Assembly (NCBI GenBank): GCA_963664875.1
Contig: OY761611.1
Span: 1,920,001-1,984,000, forward strand
Source: Candidatus Kapaibacterium sp.
Lineage (GTDB): Bacteria; Bacteroidota; Ignavibacteria; Kapaibacteriales; UBA2268
Length of the DNA stretch: 64,000 bases
Reading direction: 5' to 3'
Made by a program: the position numbers and the translations under genes. The notes beneath the pieces were generated by a model, which was given only the letters and a program-made list of their open reading frames with translations, did no database searches and was not told where the DNA came from. Positions within the stretch are counted from its first letter, which is position 1. Each line of letters starts with the position of its first letter. Below are positions 8,249 through 23,200 of this stretch, in pieces.

Positions 8249-11200
8249 TTATCTAACAACAACGAAACGTTTAGAAACAGCTTCATTATCGCCTGAGATA
8301 ACTTTAAGAGTATAAGTACCTGCAGGAATCATAGATCTATCCAAATCAATGCTAACTTTATGAAGTCCCATTCCATATTCTTTGTCAAGAATAGGTTGAG
8401 CTACCAAAGTACCTTCTAAGCTGTAAATCTGAATAGTTACCTTACGAGATTCAACCATATCGAGGTCAAATTTCAAATCAGTAACAACCGGGTTAGGTTG
8501 GATTTCAGAAACAGACATAGAAGCAGCACCATTTATAAGAACACTTCTTTCAGCCTGAACTTGTTTGTAACCATCAGAAGCTACGCTTACAAGTCTGTAA
8601 ACATAAGTAGCACCGATAGCAAGAACAGCATCATCATCAGTAAGTTTGTATTTTTTACCGAATTCAGATTCGTTAAGTCCCGCGAGAGCAGAGTTATCTT
8701 CATAAGAAGTAATCATTTCAAACGGTTCCAAACCGGCTTCAGTCATTTCAGCTCTATGAACTTCAAATCCGACATTGTCAGTTTCTCTGATAGTTTCCCA
8801 ATCAAGGAAAGCCTGAGCATCAGCAGAAGTTACATCAAAGCTACGAAGTTCGACGTTTGCATAAGCTTCTTTATATTTAGAAGTTGTAATAGTAGCTGTT
8901 GGACCATCTGCAGCATAAACAACTGTAGACGCTGTAAATGTTGCATCTGAATTAAAAGTATAAAGTTTGAATGTGTATGTTACTAATTTTTGCAATCCTG
9001 TTACATTAATCTGCTGATCAGAACCAAAGTACACAACTCTCGCATTTGCAGTACCACCACCAATCAATGAACCCGTAATTTCATCACAATTGCTTGTATA
9101 AGTTGGAGCACCTATAGAGAAAGCACCATTTGTGTTAGTATATGCAGTTTGAGGAGCCGGAACTGCACTTGGCATTTCAGATCCCTGAATAGCTAACAAT
9201 AACGAGTTTGCACCATTACTATTCCATTGCAATAGGATAGTGCTGCTTGTTTTACTAACTAAATTAAGAGCAGCCGCAGCCGCAGGTGCAGGAGGAGTAA
9301 TATTAAATGTATTACTAATCGCATTTGCAACAAATGGGCTAGCAGGGGTAGCAGTTAAAGCAACTCCAGAAGCTGCATATTGATAAGTCAATCCGCTAAA
9401 TGTAGCAACACCGCTTAACATGTTTGCACTTCCACCATTAGAAATTGCAGTAGTATTAGTAATTGACATATTTACTGTAAATGCAGCATCTGTATCAATA
9501 TTACCGTTTGCATCTTGAGCTTTAACGGTGACATTGTCTTCAACCGGCTCAGCAACGCCTACAGTTGCATTTGTAGGTTGATCCACAAATGCCAATTGAG
9601 TTACTACAACTTGTATTACATTGTTAGAAGCTGCTGTGCTGGATGTATTTGTAAACGTTGTCAACGGAGTTGAATTCGCATCAACTGTTACATTAGTATT
9701 TGCTAAGGTAAATACTAATCGTTTACCATCTGCACCAGCAGGTAATGGGTTCTTAACAGTTAATCTTAAATACATATCGTATGTAGAGTTATCTGCACAG
9801 CTTACTGACAAGTTGCTGAATGTCAAAGCACCTGCTGTAATAACAGCATCACACAATTTTGTTCCTGCTGCGTTAAATAAAGCTGCAGCATGAATATGAG
9901 TATCAAATGCAGCTTGGTTTGAACCTGCAGCATTGATTGTTAATGCAGTAACATTAGTTGGTTTTGTATCTGTATCTGTTGTAATATCATCACGTACAGT
10001 AAGTTTCAATACGCGTGTGCCATTTGTACTTGTTGTTATGTCTCCATTTGTAAGTGAGCTAATGCCATTTGCTTCGTTGCCCGCAAAGACAATATCCGCT
10101 CTTGCATTTGCAGCAGAACACATGTAAACATCGAACAAGTTTGCTTCTGTTCCACCATTAGCAGCTATACCAACAGTGTTTTGACCACCTGTCACGCTTA
10201 CATCTACGTCATCTACGCAAATACCTGCATCTACGATTGTATATGTCATTGTGTATGTCTGGTTGCCGTTGCTCCATGCACCTGAACCGTTAGTAAACGT
10301 GCCGCCTACTGTAGGATCAAATGTAACAACAGGAGCGTTTTGTGTTACATCCATTGGTTGGCTGTAAGTTACAGCAACTGTAAAGTTATTACCGGCATCT
10401 GCATCTTCAACCATCATGTCATTAACAACAATTGAAGTTACATCAGCAGGAGTGTTAGAAATAATAACAAACTCAAAGTTTGCAGGATCTAATACATCCG
10501 TATTACCCAACGCATCAGAAGAGTTAACTTTTACATTTACTCCACCTTCTACAGGACTTGTAGGTACAGTGTAAGAGTAAGTGTAAGTTCCGTTACCAGA
10601 ACCTGAAGCGTATGTTGCTGTTGTATTTGAGTTATCTGCAAATGTCAATGTTACTACAGGTTGATTAGTAACAGCACAGCCTGCATCTGCCAAATCAAAT
10701 GTAATAGATAGGTTGTCACCTTCTACTGCATTTTGCTTAGATACTTCTAAGTTTGACAGCATTGGAGCTGTATTGTCAATCTTGAATTCAGAACCGTCAT
10801 TTGCATTATCTGTAGGTGCGTAAGTTACAGCAATGTTACCTTTAGAATCTACCAAGTTAAATGTAATATTTACATCGCCTGTAGGATCCTGAGGATGAAC
10901 AGTATATACATAGTTAAATACTGTACCTGTAGAACCATCTGTAGTTAAATTACCTACTAATGGTAAACCACTTGAACTTGTCATAGTAACATTAATATCA
11001 CTATGAGCAAAAGTACCGCATCCTAAGTCCTCAGCATTCACTGAGAAATGTATTTGTGTTGCGTTAATTGTAAGCAGCAATGCACCTACACATTCTGCAT
11101 CATCACTATACGCTGACAATACAGGTGCTGTATTATCAATCATAAATGTAGCTGTTTCTGTAATTGTATTGTTAAAGCCGTCAACTGCTGTTACTGTGAT

Positions 11201-14200
11201 TGTTGCTTCGCCAGTATAAGTAGAACCTTGTGGAATTGTATAAGTATATACACCTTCAGATTCTGTTACTGTTGTAGCATTGCCACCGAAAGGTGTTACT
11301 GTTACAGTCAAGTTACTAACAACCTGGTCACAACCTAAGTTAGTTGCTGTTACATCAAATACTAAATTACCATCTAACTCTTTAGATACACATGTTACTC
11401 CCAGTAAATCAATAGCTATATCGAGTGGATTTAGATCTACTGTCATAGCATGAGTTACAGGAGCCAATAGTGTATTACCTAAATCATCACTTGCTGTGAT
11501 ATTGATAATAGGTGCTACATCACCTAGAATTTCTTCCTCTAAATCATCAGCTGCTACTGTATATGTAAATTCATATACAGTAGTTTGTCCTGTTACTGGA
11601 GTCACTGCAGAGATATTAGCAGGAGTACCATTTGTTACTGTTACTGTAATATCGTCTTCGTTAAATGTACCACAACCAACGTCGCTTGCGTTAACTTGGA
11701 ATGTTACTATATCGCCAGGTTCTACGCATGTTGGAGGTGTATTTACTAAAGTAAGTGTTGGTCCTGTTTGGTCAATGCTGTTAACAACATCGCCATTGAC
11801 AGGAGTCATAGCATTACCCTTAGTATCAACTGCATTTACAGTTACTGTACAAGTACCGGTTCCGTTTGCTTCTACGATTGTATGTGTATGAGATACTACA
11901 CCATCGTTGATTGTAAAGTCACCAACTGAAGAGTAAGTAGCATCTGTGCCGTCACTAAAGTCATAAGTTATAGTTACTTCACCAAGATTTGCACAACCTG
12001 CATCTGCAATTGTGAAATCTGTAGTAATTGTATTACCAGTACCTAAACATTGACCTGAAGTAGCATTATTTGTGATTGTTACATCACCTGCAATTGCCGG
12101 TGCTGTATTATCAATCATAAATGGAGCTGTTTCTGTAATTGTATTGCCGAAGCCGTCTACTGCTGTTACAGTAATTGTTGCTTCACCAGTGTATGTTGGA
12201 CCAACCGGAAGTGTATAAGTATAAGTTCCTTCACTTCCTGTAAGCGTAGTAGCTACAGTTTCACCTGTTGCTTGTACTGTTACAGTTAAGTCCTCAATAT
12301 CTGTATCACAACCTAAGTTAGTTGCTGTTACATCAAATACAAATGTACCATCAGTAATTTGAGATACACATGTTGTTTGTGGTAAATCAATAGCTATATC
12401 GAGTGGATTTACATCTACTGTCATAGCGTGAGTTACAGGAGCTAATAGTGTATTACCTAAATCATCACTTGCTGTGATATTGATAATAGGCGCTACATCC
12501 ACAGGAGTTGCCACTGTACCTGCTACTGTATATGTAAATTCATATACATTAGTTTGACCATCAACTGCAGATACTGTAGAAATATTAGCTGAAGTACCAT
12601 CAGTAACTGTTACTGTAATATCGTCTTCGTTAAATACGCCACAACCAACGTCGCTTGCGTTAACTTGGAATGTTACTACATCGCCAGGTTCTACGCATGT
12701 TGGAGGTGTATTTACTAAAGTAAGTGTTGGTCCTGTTTGGTCAATGTTGTTAACAACATCGCCATTGACAGGAGTCATAGCATTACCCTTAGTATCAACT
12801 GCATTTACAGTTACTGTACAAGTACCGGTTCCGTTTACTTCTACGATTGTATGTGTATGAGATACTACACCATCGTTGATAGTAAAGTCACCAACTGAAG
12901 AGTAAGTAGCATCTGTACCGTCACTAAAGTCATAAGTTATAGTTACTTCACCAAGATCTGCACAATCTGCATCTGCAATTGTGAAATCTGTAGTAATTGT
13001 ATTACCAGTACCTAAACATTGACCTGAAGTAGCATTATTTGTGATTGTTACATCACCTGCAATTGCCGGTGCTGTATTATCAATCATAAATGTTGATGTT
13101 TCAGTTACTGTGTTAGCAAAGCCGTCAACTGCTGTTACAGTAATTGTTGCTTCACCAGTATAAGCAGAACCAGTTGGAATTGTATAAGTATAAGTTCCTT
13201 CACTTCCTGTAAGCGTCGTAGCTGCAGTTTCACCTGTTGCTTGTACTGTTACAGTTAAGTCCTCAATATCTGTATCACAACCTAAGTTAGTTGCTGTTAC
13301 ATCAAATACAAATGTACCATCAGTAATTTGAGATACACATGTTGTTTGTGGTAAATCAATAGCTATATCGAGTGGATTTACATCTACAGTCATAGCATGA
13401 GTTACAGGAGCAAGTAGTGTATTACCTAAATCATCACTTGCTGTGATATTGATAATAGGTGCTACATCCACAGGAGTTTCAACTGTACCTGCTACTGTAT
13501 AAGTAAACTCATAATTATATCCATCACCATTTACTGGAGTTACTGCAGAAATATTAGCAGGAGTACCATTAGTTACTGTTACTGTAATATCGTCTTCATC
13601 AAATGTACCACAACCAACGTCGCTTGCGTTAACTTGGAATGTTACTATATCGCCAGGTTCTACGCATGTTGGAGGGTTAGTAGGGCTTACTAAAGTTAGT
13701 GTAGGTTTAGAATTATCTATAGTAAAGGCAGAAGATTGAACTAAGTAACCTTCCATTCCTTTGCTATCTACAATGTTAAATTCTACAGTATATGAGCCAG
13801 TAACATCTGCTGCATCTACAGTATAAGTAAACTGCAATTTGCCATTTACTTCATTCGGTTCGCCTATGTTACCATTGATTAAGTTATTACCATTGTAGAT
13901 ATCAACTTCAAATCCATTGTTTTCTCCATCCCACAAAGCTATATCTTGAGTTGCACAGCCAAGATTTTCATAATCTACGGCAAACGTAACTGTTTGATCT
14001 GCTTTATAGCATGTTGGAGTACTTATCAATGTAAAGTTATCAACTACAGGAACTGAGTTATCAATACTGAATGTAGCAAGGCTAGCATTTGTATTAGCGT
14101 TACCCAAACCATCTGCTGCAGTTACAGAGACAGTTGCTGTTCCTGTGCCGTCGTTAGCTGTTGCTAAGTAAGTAGCAGTATAGTTAGGATAAGTACCTGT

Positions 14201-17200
14201 TACTGTAGCAGCCACTGTATTAGGTGCTTCTTTAGGCAAAGTAATAGTTACAACCGGAGTTGCACCTGCACCACCGCAAGAACCATCTTCTACTGAGAAC
14301 TCAATACTTACAGTTTGACCTGCTTTATAACAGTCATCTTCATCAGGAGTCATATCAGTAAATGCAATTACAGGGCCTGCATTATCAAGTGTAAATGTAG
14401 GAGTTACATCAATAACTGTATCATCCTGACCATTAACTGTACCAGTCACATCTTCTTCAGCCATTTCTGCTGTGTTACCTGCAGGATCAGCTATTATCAA
14501 TGCGATTGAATATGCCCCTTGATCGTGTGCTGTTTGAGGACTTGCAGGGAATGCAAATGTTACAGAAGCATCTCCGGTTTGATCATTATAAGTTACATCT
14601 GTTCCTGTAATCGTTGTACTACCATTTACTGCCTCTGCGCTGATATTACCTGCTGCTAAAGCAGAGCAGATATCATTATCAGTTACATTAAATGTCATTG
14701 TTACTGACTGACCGTCTTTAATGCAATTATCGTCAAGTGCGATAGTAGAAACAACCGGACCATCAGTATCTACATTAAATGTAGTAGAAGCAGCATCAGA
14801 TTCATTATCAGAATCATCAATGTAATCTACTTTCAAAGTATATGTACCTGAAGCGTAAGCTGAAACATCTAATGTACCGGTATAAGTATTAACTGTTTCA
14901 TTAGAAGAACTTGATGCAACAGAGATGTTTCCACCTACCTGAACTGCTGGAATAGCTGTAGTCCAAATAGAAACAGTCGCATTGTTAACACCATTTTCGT
15001 CGCAATCAGTATCATCAATTGTAAAGCTATAAGCTATTTCTGTATTTGAGCAAGCTGTTACTGTACCTAAAGCAATAGCCGGAGCATCATTATCAACAGT
15101 AATAGAATAAGTCAAGTCTTCTGACTCATTCATAGCACCATCGTAGATACTCAATACTACTGATTTTGAACCTTCTTCATCATTTGCCACTGTCAATGGA
15201 ATAAAGTACATGCCTGCATAATCGCCTGCGCCTTCTATTACTCCATCATCAGTTACGATAGAATTAGCAAAAGTAGTGCTTGTCATAAAGAATTGACCAG
15301 AAACAGGAGTAGTTTCTACTACATCAGAAGCTACGATATCACAACCGGCATCTGAAGGTGCAACACCCAAGTAGTATGAACCACCTTGAATACAGTTGTC
15401 TGTTACTTCAGAGTAAACGCCACCTGCTTCAGTATATAATGCAATCTGATCAAGATTTTCATTTACTGCTGCAAAAGCTGGAGCTGTCTTATCTACAGTA
15501 AATGTAGCAATTTCTTCATCAGAATTGCCTGCATCGTCTGTATAAACTACTATCAAGTCATACTGACCATTTGCCAAACCGGAAATATCAATATTACCTG
15601 AGAAAGTACCTTCAGAAATTGTCATTGTACCATCAGCGTCGCCTGCAGCAGGATTACCTGTTAGTTCTATCCAATATTCTGCAGCATTAATACCATCGCC
15701 ACATGTAGAGTTATCTGCTACTGTGAATGAGTATGGCAATAAGCTATTTACACAGTTATCAGAAACCGTGATAGCAGATACTACAGGAAGTGCTGTAGAA
15801 ACATGGAAATTAACTGCCAACTGAGTAGAAGCATTATTTGCATCATCTGTATAGTTAACTGTTACTTGTTTGTCGCCTTGAGCTACATCGCTTAATAACA
15901 ATGTTGCTTCAACTGTCCAAGTTCCGTCTTCGTTATCTGTTACATTAGTTTGTACATTGTTTGCTGTGCTTGGATCAGTAAACGATAAATTATTCAAACC
16001 ATCATAGCAATCTGTTCCAGTTACTTCTTCAGTTACTAAGAATGAAAATGCTAATGTACCGGTCTGATTCAAACAAGCGTCTGTAATAGACGATAGTGAA
16101 AGAGCAGCAGGTGTATTATCAACTGTAAAGCTAATGCTACCTGCAGATACTGCACCATTACCGTCGTTAACTGTAGCTGCGATAGTATAAAGACCATCGT
16201 AGTTTACTACTGGCTCTGTTGTGTTTTCAGGAATATCAATTGTATATTCCCAAGTGTATTTAGTATCTACAGGGCCGGTTGGTTGATTTGCACTAAGCTG
16301 TGCATTCAAACCACCTAAACCTGTAAACTCGATTGTTATATCATCTTGATCTAAACAACCGGCAGCATCAATATCAGCTGATACTGTAAGCGTGATTGTT
16401 TGAGTATGATTATAACATCCACCGTCTTGACCGCTTGCAATAGCTACGCTAGTTGGTTTCAACTGATCTAAGCTAAAGTCAACATCTTCAAAATCAAATT
16501 CTGTTGATGTTGTACCTAAACCGTCTGTTGCTGTTGCATAAACATCAACATCGCCGCTACCGTCAACAGTTTGGATAGTATAAGTAAACGGATAAACATT
16601 ACCTGAAGGCGTGCCTACTGTTGCAGTTTCAACACCACCAGGTAAATCAAGATATACAGTTACTGCATTTACTGGTGAGCAACCTGTTTGATTTACTGTC
16701 ACCGTACCAGAGATAACTGCACCTGTAGTCAAACATGCATCAGCAATACCATCAGCAAAGTCCATTGCAGTGATACTTGGAGCATCATTATCTACTGTAA
16801 ATGTAGCTTCAGAGTATATAATACCATCGATAAATCCGGTTGCAGGATCTTCTGTGCCGTCAAAATCAGCAGCATTACCATTATCATCATCAATAGTAAG
16901 TTCTACTTGGTAAGGGCCGTTTATAGCTGCCTGTGGTACAGTAAATTCTACTGTTACATCATAACCTGTTTGTGGTGTTTCACCATCAACGTCAGTTACT
17001 ACACCTGCAATGCTAAATGGTCCGTTCCAGCTTGTTCTTGCATCTGCATCGATGTTGCCTGCATTAAATGTACCGCAACCTGCTTCTTCTACGTGGAATG
17101 TAGCTGTTACAACAGTTGTTGGAGTTGGCTCTTCCTCATCACCATCATCAGTGTATTTCACGCAAGATTTATCAAGTTGAATATTTGATACTACAGGACC

Positions 17201-20200
17201 TGCATTATCAACGTAGAATTTATCTTCTGCTGTAATTGTAGCGCCTACTGCTGTACCTGTTGCAGCTGGTTCTGCACCATCCATTGTTGCGTAATTGTCT
17301 TTATCATCATCAATTACTAAGCTAACTGTATATAAACCGTCAGTTGTATTGCTTAGTATCGTAAATGTTGCTGTTACATCATAACCATCATTTACATTGC
17401 CTGTAAGTGATGTAATACTACCATTCAATGTAGTTGTTCCATTTGTAGCAGTAGCGCTCACGTTAGCTGCATCAAATGCACCGCAACCGTCTTCTTCTAC
17501 GTGGAATGTTACATCTACTTCTGTTGTTGGATTTTGTCCGCCGTCTTCAGTATAAGCAACACATTGGTCTGCTTCTGCGATATCAATATCCGATACTACA
17601 GGACCAACATTATCTACGTCTATAGAATAAGTTAATTCTTCTGATTCATTCAACAAACCATCGAACAAGCTCAACGTGATTTCTTCTGTTCCATCATCTG
17701 TTGAAGCAATTGCTAATGGGATGTAATACATTCCGCCTACCTCTATAGGTGTGTCTACTGTATTAGCAAATGTTGAAGCTGAAACATAGAACTGGCCTGC
17801 CACTGCTTGGTTTGGAGTATATACTACTGATGTACCTACGATACCATCGCAACCTGCGTCGCTTGGCTCTACGCCTAAGTAGTAATTACCATCAGTTACG
17901 CAAGCGTCTGTTACTAATGTGTAATCTTGACCATCATAAGTATATAATGCAATCTTAGCAGGAGCATTTACTTCTGCAAAAACAGGACCGGAGTTATCAA
18001 CTCTAAACGTTGGTACTGCTGTAATAGTAGCACCTGCTGCGTTTCCTGTTGCAGGATCTTCAACTGCCATTGTTGCAACGTTATCTTGGTCATCATCTAC
18101 TGTCAACGTAATTGTATATTCACCTTCAACGTCTGGAATAGTGAATGTACCTGTTACAGTATAGCCATCATTTGCATTACCTGCGACAACTATTGTAGCA
18201 GGATTGTCAGTTGAAGCAAGTGTTAATGTTGTGCCGCCATTTACTGCTGCAATTGTAATATTGCTTGCATCAAATGTACCACAACCTGCTTCCTCTACGT
18301 CAAATGTTACATCTAAAGTAGTTGTTGGAGTACCTTCCACTTCAGTGTATTTCACGCAAGTTTCGCTTACTGCAATATTTGATACTACAGGGCCTTCGTA
18401 GTCAACACTAAATGCGTCTGCATCTACTACCTGGTCTTCTACTGAGTTGCCTGCGTTATCTGTTACGTTCAATCTTACGCCAATCGCTTCGCCTTGTGGC
18501 TCGTCGCCTTGGATTACGTAAGTAAAGTCGAAATGATTATTTTGATCATCATAAGTATAAGTAGAAGCTATAGCAACGTCTGTTGCGCTTGTCAACGTGC
18601 GGAATGTTCCGCCTTCTGCTGTGTAAAGTTCTACTTCGATGTTTGTTTCATCAATATCAGAACAAACTGCATTATCATCTACTACTATATCAGTAAATAC
18701 TGCATCTGCTCCATTGCCTAAGCAACCTAATGCAAATGCTGCATTTGGAGTTACTGTAGGAGCATCTGTATCTAATACCAAATTCAATGCTTCATCTGCA
18801 TCAGCAACTACTGCATTTAAACCATGGTTCAAATAACCTGTAACTGATAGTAAAGCACCATTTGGATCTTCTGAATCTACTGTATAAGTAAATTCGTAAG
18901 TACCGTCAGGATACAAACCACCTACAGGAGCAGGGTTGCCAGCTGCAGGAGTCATCCATACTGTACTGTTGTCAGAGAATTCTAACTCTGCTTCTACGTT
19001 TTCTACACCACCACAAGAATTTTCATCTACATTTACATTTAATGTAGCAGTGATTACTTTACCTGTACCTAAGCAAGTACCAACTGCATTTGTTGTAGTT
19101 GTTGTAGCTATAGTGTGATTTAATGGATCTATTGTAAACTCAAAGCCTGCAGGATCATAAAGATTACTTAAGTTACCTTTTGAATCTGTAGCTAATACTC
19201 TTACATGTTTTCCACCTTCATCACCCTGAGGTATTGTAAATGTATATTCAAATACATAGTCATCACCTACATTTGAAACAATTTGTGAGAATGTAAGATT
19301 TGCGTTAAATACCGGCAAGAATACAAATATCTTACCAGGATCTGCTGTTTGAAGCTCTGTCAAAGCACCTGTCAAAGTACCACAACCTAAATCAGTAACG
19401 CCAATTTGTAATTTGTAGTTACCTGTGGTAATACAATCTACTACGTTGTCGCCTTGATCTAAAACAGTAATTGATGTTACTGTTGGTTTTGTATTATCAA
19501 TTTGGAAGTACTGAGCATCTACGTCTGATGATGTGTTTTGTGCATCATCTTTTATTGTTGCAGTTATGCTTGCATAGCCTGTCGCATGGTTGCTTGCTAC
19601 TGTTGCCCGGTAGTTAAATGTACCGGCAGGAGCTTCATTTAGAAATGCTACTGGAATAGCTACAGGTGTTGCTGATGCATCTTCCAAAGTAATTGTAATA
19701 TCGTCTTGGTTTAAAGTACCGCATGTTGAAGCGTCTGTTACAACTACACTAAAGTCAACAGTACCTGCAGTTTCGCATGTACCTTTTGCTGATAATGTAA
19801 TAGTTGGAACTGCATTGTCGATACTAAAGCCATCGTTGAGAACAACTGCAACAGGATGGTTACCTGCATCATCCATCACATCAACTGATATAGTTGCTGC
19901 ACCGTTTGTTTCTTCACCAACAAATGTATAAGAATAAGTAAATACATAAGGATCAGCTACTGTACCTGTGCCTGTTCTGCCAACGTAAGTTGCAGAATAA
20001 TTGTGTGCACCTGCATCAATGATTGTTACTTCAATATTTGTTGGACTTACAAATGTGCCACAACCTTCTTCTACTACTGAGAATGAGAACTCAATATCTC
20101 TTGAATCGCCGAAGCAAGTGCCAAGAATTTGATCATCTGTGATAGACAATGAAGCCGCATTTACTGCAGGCTCTACTTTATCTATTGAGAACAATTCTGT

Positions 20201-23200
20201 TGCTGCTACCGCTATAGAAACATTGCCTGCTTCATCTTCATAAGTAATTGAAGGAAGAGTAGCCAGACCATTTGCATCGTCAGCATGAGCTGTGTAAGTA
20301 ATGATAATATTGCCCTCTGTCAATGCTGCTGCTACTGCAACCGCACCATTTAATGCACCTTTATCTACTGTAACTCTTGCAGCATCAAATGTATTACAGT
20401 TTGCATTATTATCTGTTAGTGACACTTGGATATCTACTTCTGTACCTGGTTTGATACAAGTAGGCTCTTCTGCTACTAACACAGGAGTGCCAAGTGTAGG
20501 TTTTGTATTATCTACTGTAAACGCATTTGGTATTGTCAATGAATGACCATCAGCTGCTACGCCTGGATTACCTGCGTTATCTGCAAATGCTACAGTAATA
20601 TCATAATCACCATCTGCTACATCTGCGCCAGGCAATGCATCAGGAAGAGTTAAATCTGCAGATACTGTATAAGGGCTGTTAGCGCCTGTTACATCAATAT
20701 CAGCAGCATCTACTGTTACGCCTGCTGCAGAGATTGTAAAGTTTGCTGCTGTCAAAGCAGAGCACTCTTCAGCATCTGTAACTGTAAATGTAATATTTAT
20801 CACATCACCATCTTTTACGCATGTTGCATTATCTGACAACAAGCTAAGTTCAGGTGCTGAATTATCTACAGTGAAACCAACATTTGAAGCACCCGATGCA
20901 TTACCTGCATCGTCAGTTACTTCCACTGTAAATGTATAGTCACCATCTGCTACTTCAAATAAATTAACTGTGTATGTTACAGTACTTCCATCTATTGAAG
21001 GAGTAGAAAGTACGCCACCTGTTACAGTAGCAGTTGTAATATTTGATGCATCTAATGCACATGATGCTGCATCTGTCATATCAAATGTAATTGTAACATC
21101 TTCTGTACCTGTAGCATCCACTGCACAAGTTGGAGTAGCTTCCAAGTTTGCTATTGAAGGCAAAGACCTATCAATATTAAACGTACCAGTTACTTCGTCT
21201 GAAGCGTTATCAAAATCATCTGTATAGTTTACAGCTATTTGATATGGATTACCTGCTTCATTCAAATCAGCTACGTTTAGAGTATATGTCCATGTGTACG
21301 AACCGTCATTATCCGCAGGCGCACCACCTACTAATACAGGATCATTTCCACTTGGGTCAGTAATTACTGGGGTATTATACTCATTTACTTCTAAAGGATT
21401 ACAATTTACATCGCTTATTGTAAATTCGAACTCTAAAGAGCCATCTACACATGCATCAGTAAACGTAATTGCTGAAATAGTTTGAGGAGTATTATCCACT
21501 GTAAATGTTGCTGTCTCAGGAGCTACCATTGAGTTCCCTGCAGCGTCATTTGTATTGAATGAGAATGTATATGTACCTTCTGCATACGCTGTTTCTTGAG
21601 ATAAGTCAACAGTATATTGCAATGAATACGTACCATTCAAATTATCTGTTGGGCCTACAGCAAGTACCGGATCTGCAGTACCTTTGCCTGCGCCTGTTAC
21701 AGTAGCAGTGTATCCGGAAAGTCCACAATCACCTGCTTCTGTTACTAAAACATTCGCTGTAAGCGTTTGAGTATTATTCAAACAAGCATCAACAATTGTA
21801 ACAGCTGCTGTTGGAGCTGTGTTATCTATTGTGAATAGACTTGGAGAATTAAAACCTGTTTGATTACCAGCGTCATCTATTGCTAATGCATATACATTGC
21901 CTGATTCAGTACCGTCTATTACACGGGAATATGTATATGTATTTCCACTAGATAATGCGACAGACAACATAATATCTGTACCAACATCATAAACAGTGTT
22001 AGCAGGTTCACTCTCTTCTAACCATACTTGCAAATTGCTTGCATCGAACGTGCCACAAACAGGAGCAGGGTCTAATGCAGTAACATTAAAAGATAAAGTA
22101 CCACCGGTTTTGAAGCATGATTGAGATAAAGTATTCACAATTACGCTTGGAGCAGTTTTATCTATATAAATTGTTGCTGTATTACCGGTAGAAGCATTAC
22201 CTTTACTGTCTGTTACAGTATAAGTAAGAACATTATCACCAGCATTATCAGCCGCATCAATAGTTGTTTCATAAACAAATGTATATGATGGGTTTAAGTT
22301 TGCCGGAGCTGCATCAGTATATGCAAGGTTATCAGTAAAGTTATTTGCAGTTACTGTCAAACCACCATTTGCATTATCTATAGCACCGTCCATAGTACCG
22401 CAACCTGTTTCAGTCAAAGTTACATGTAAGTAAACTGTTTGACCTACAGAAGCACAAGTGATAGTATTTGCACTACCATCTGTTGCTGCATCATCTTTCC
22501 AAACTGCTGTTGCAGTTGGTGCTGTATTATCGATTGAGAAAGTCAAATCAGCTGAAGTAACTGAATTGCCTGCTCTATCAACACCTGTTACAGTATATGT
22601 ATAATCGCCAGTATATGATTCAGCAGTCAAACCTGTTAAATCAGCACTCATTGTCTGAGTCACTGTTGCAGCACTAGCGATATCAGCTAATACAAAGTTG
22701 ATCTCCTGTGGAACATCTGGACCAGCAGTCTTATTAACAGTGAAAACATCTTCTTGAACGTTACCATAGCTACCAGCTTCAACTACTGATGTAGCATCAA
22801 AGTCCATAGTAACATTAATTGTATTACCACCCACATAACAATCATCTGCCGGTGCACCTACAAGAGCAGGCTGAGAAGTAAATGTAGGATCTAATATATC
22901 TACATTAATGATTGAGTTTGCTACATCAGTTTCTGCTGAAGCGTTATTATGCTTATCAGTTGCAGTAACTGAAAAGTTAATATCACCACCAGTAGCACCT
23001 TCTAAATCAAACTCATAAGTAATATCCCACACACCTGGTGAAAACTCATTTACATTTGTAATATAAGTTCTTGCATCTGTCGCAGCATCAATTGCTCCAA
23101 CAAATCCTGCAATTGCACCAGTACCAACTTTTTTAGTAAACTCAAGTTTAGCTGCACCAGTAGCAGGTGTAGCATTATTACCTAAATCAGTACCAAAGTC

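Noticed and set aside
11130-13680. Diversity-generating retroelement template/variable repeat pair
   Set aside because: Repeats are in-frame tandem domains, differences are not evidently adenine-specific, and no reverse transcriptase is present
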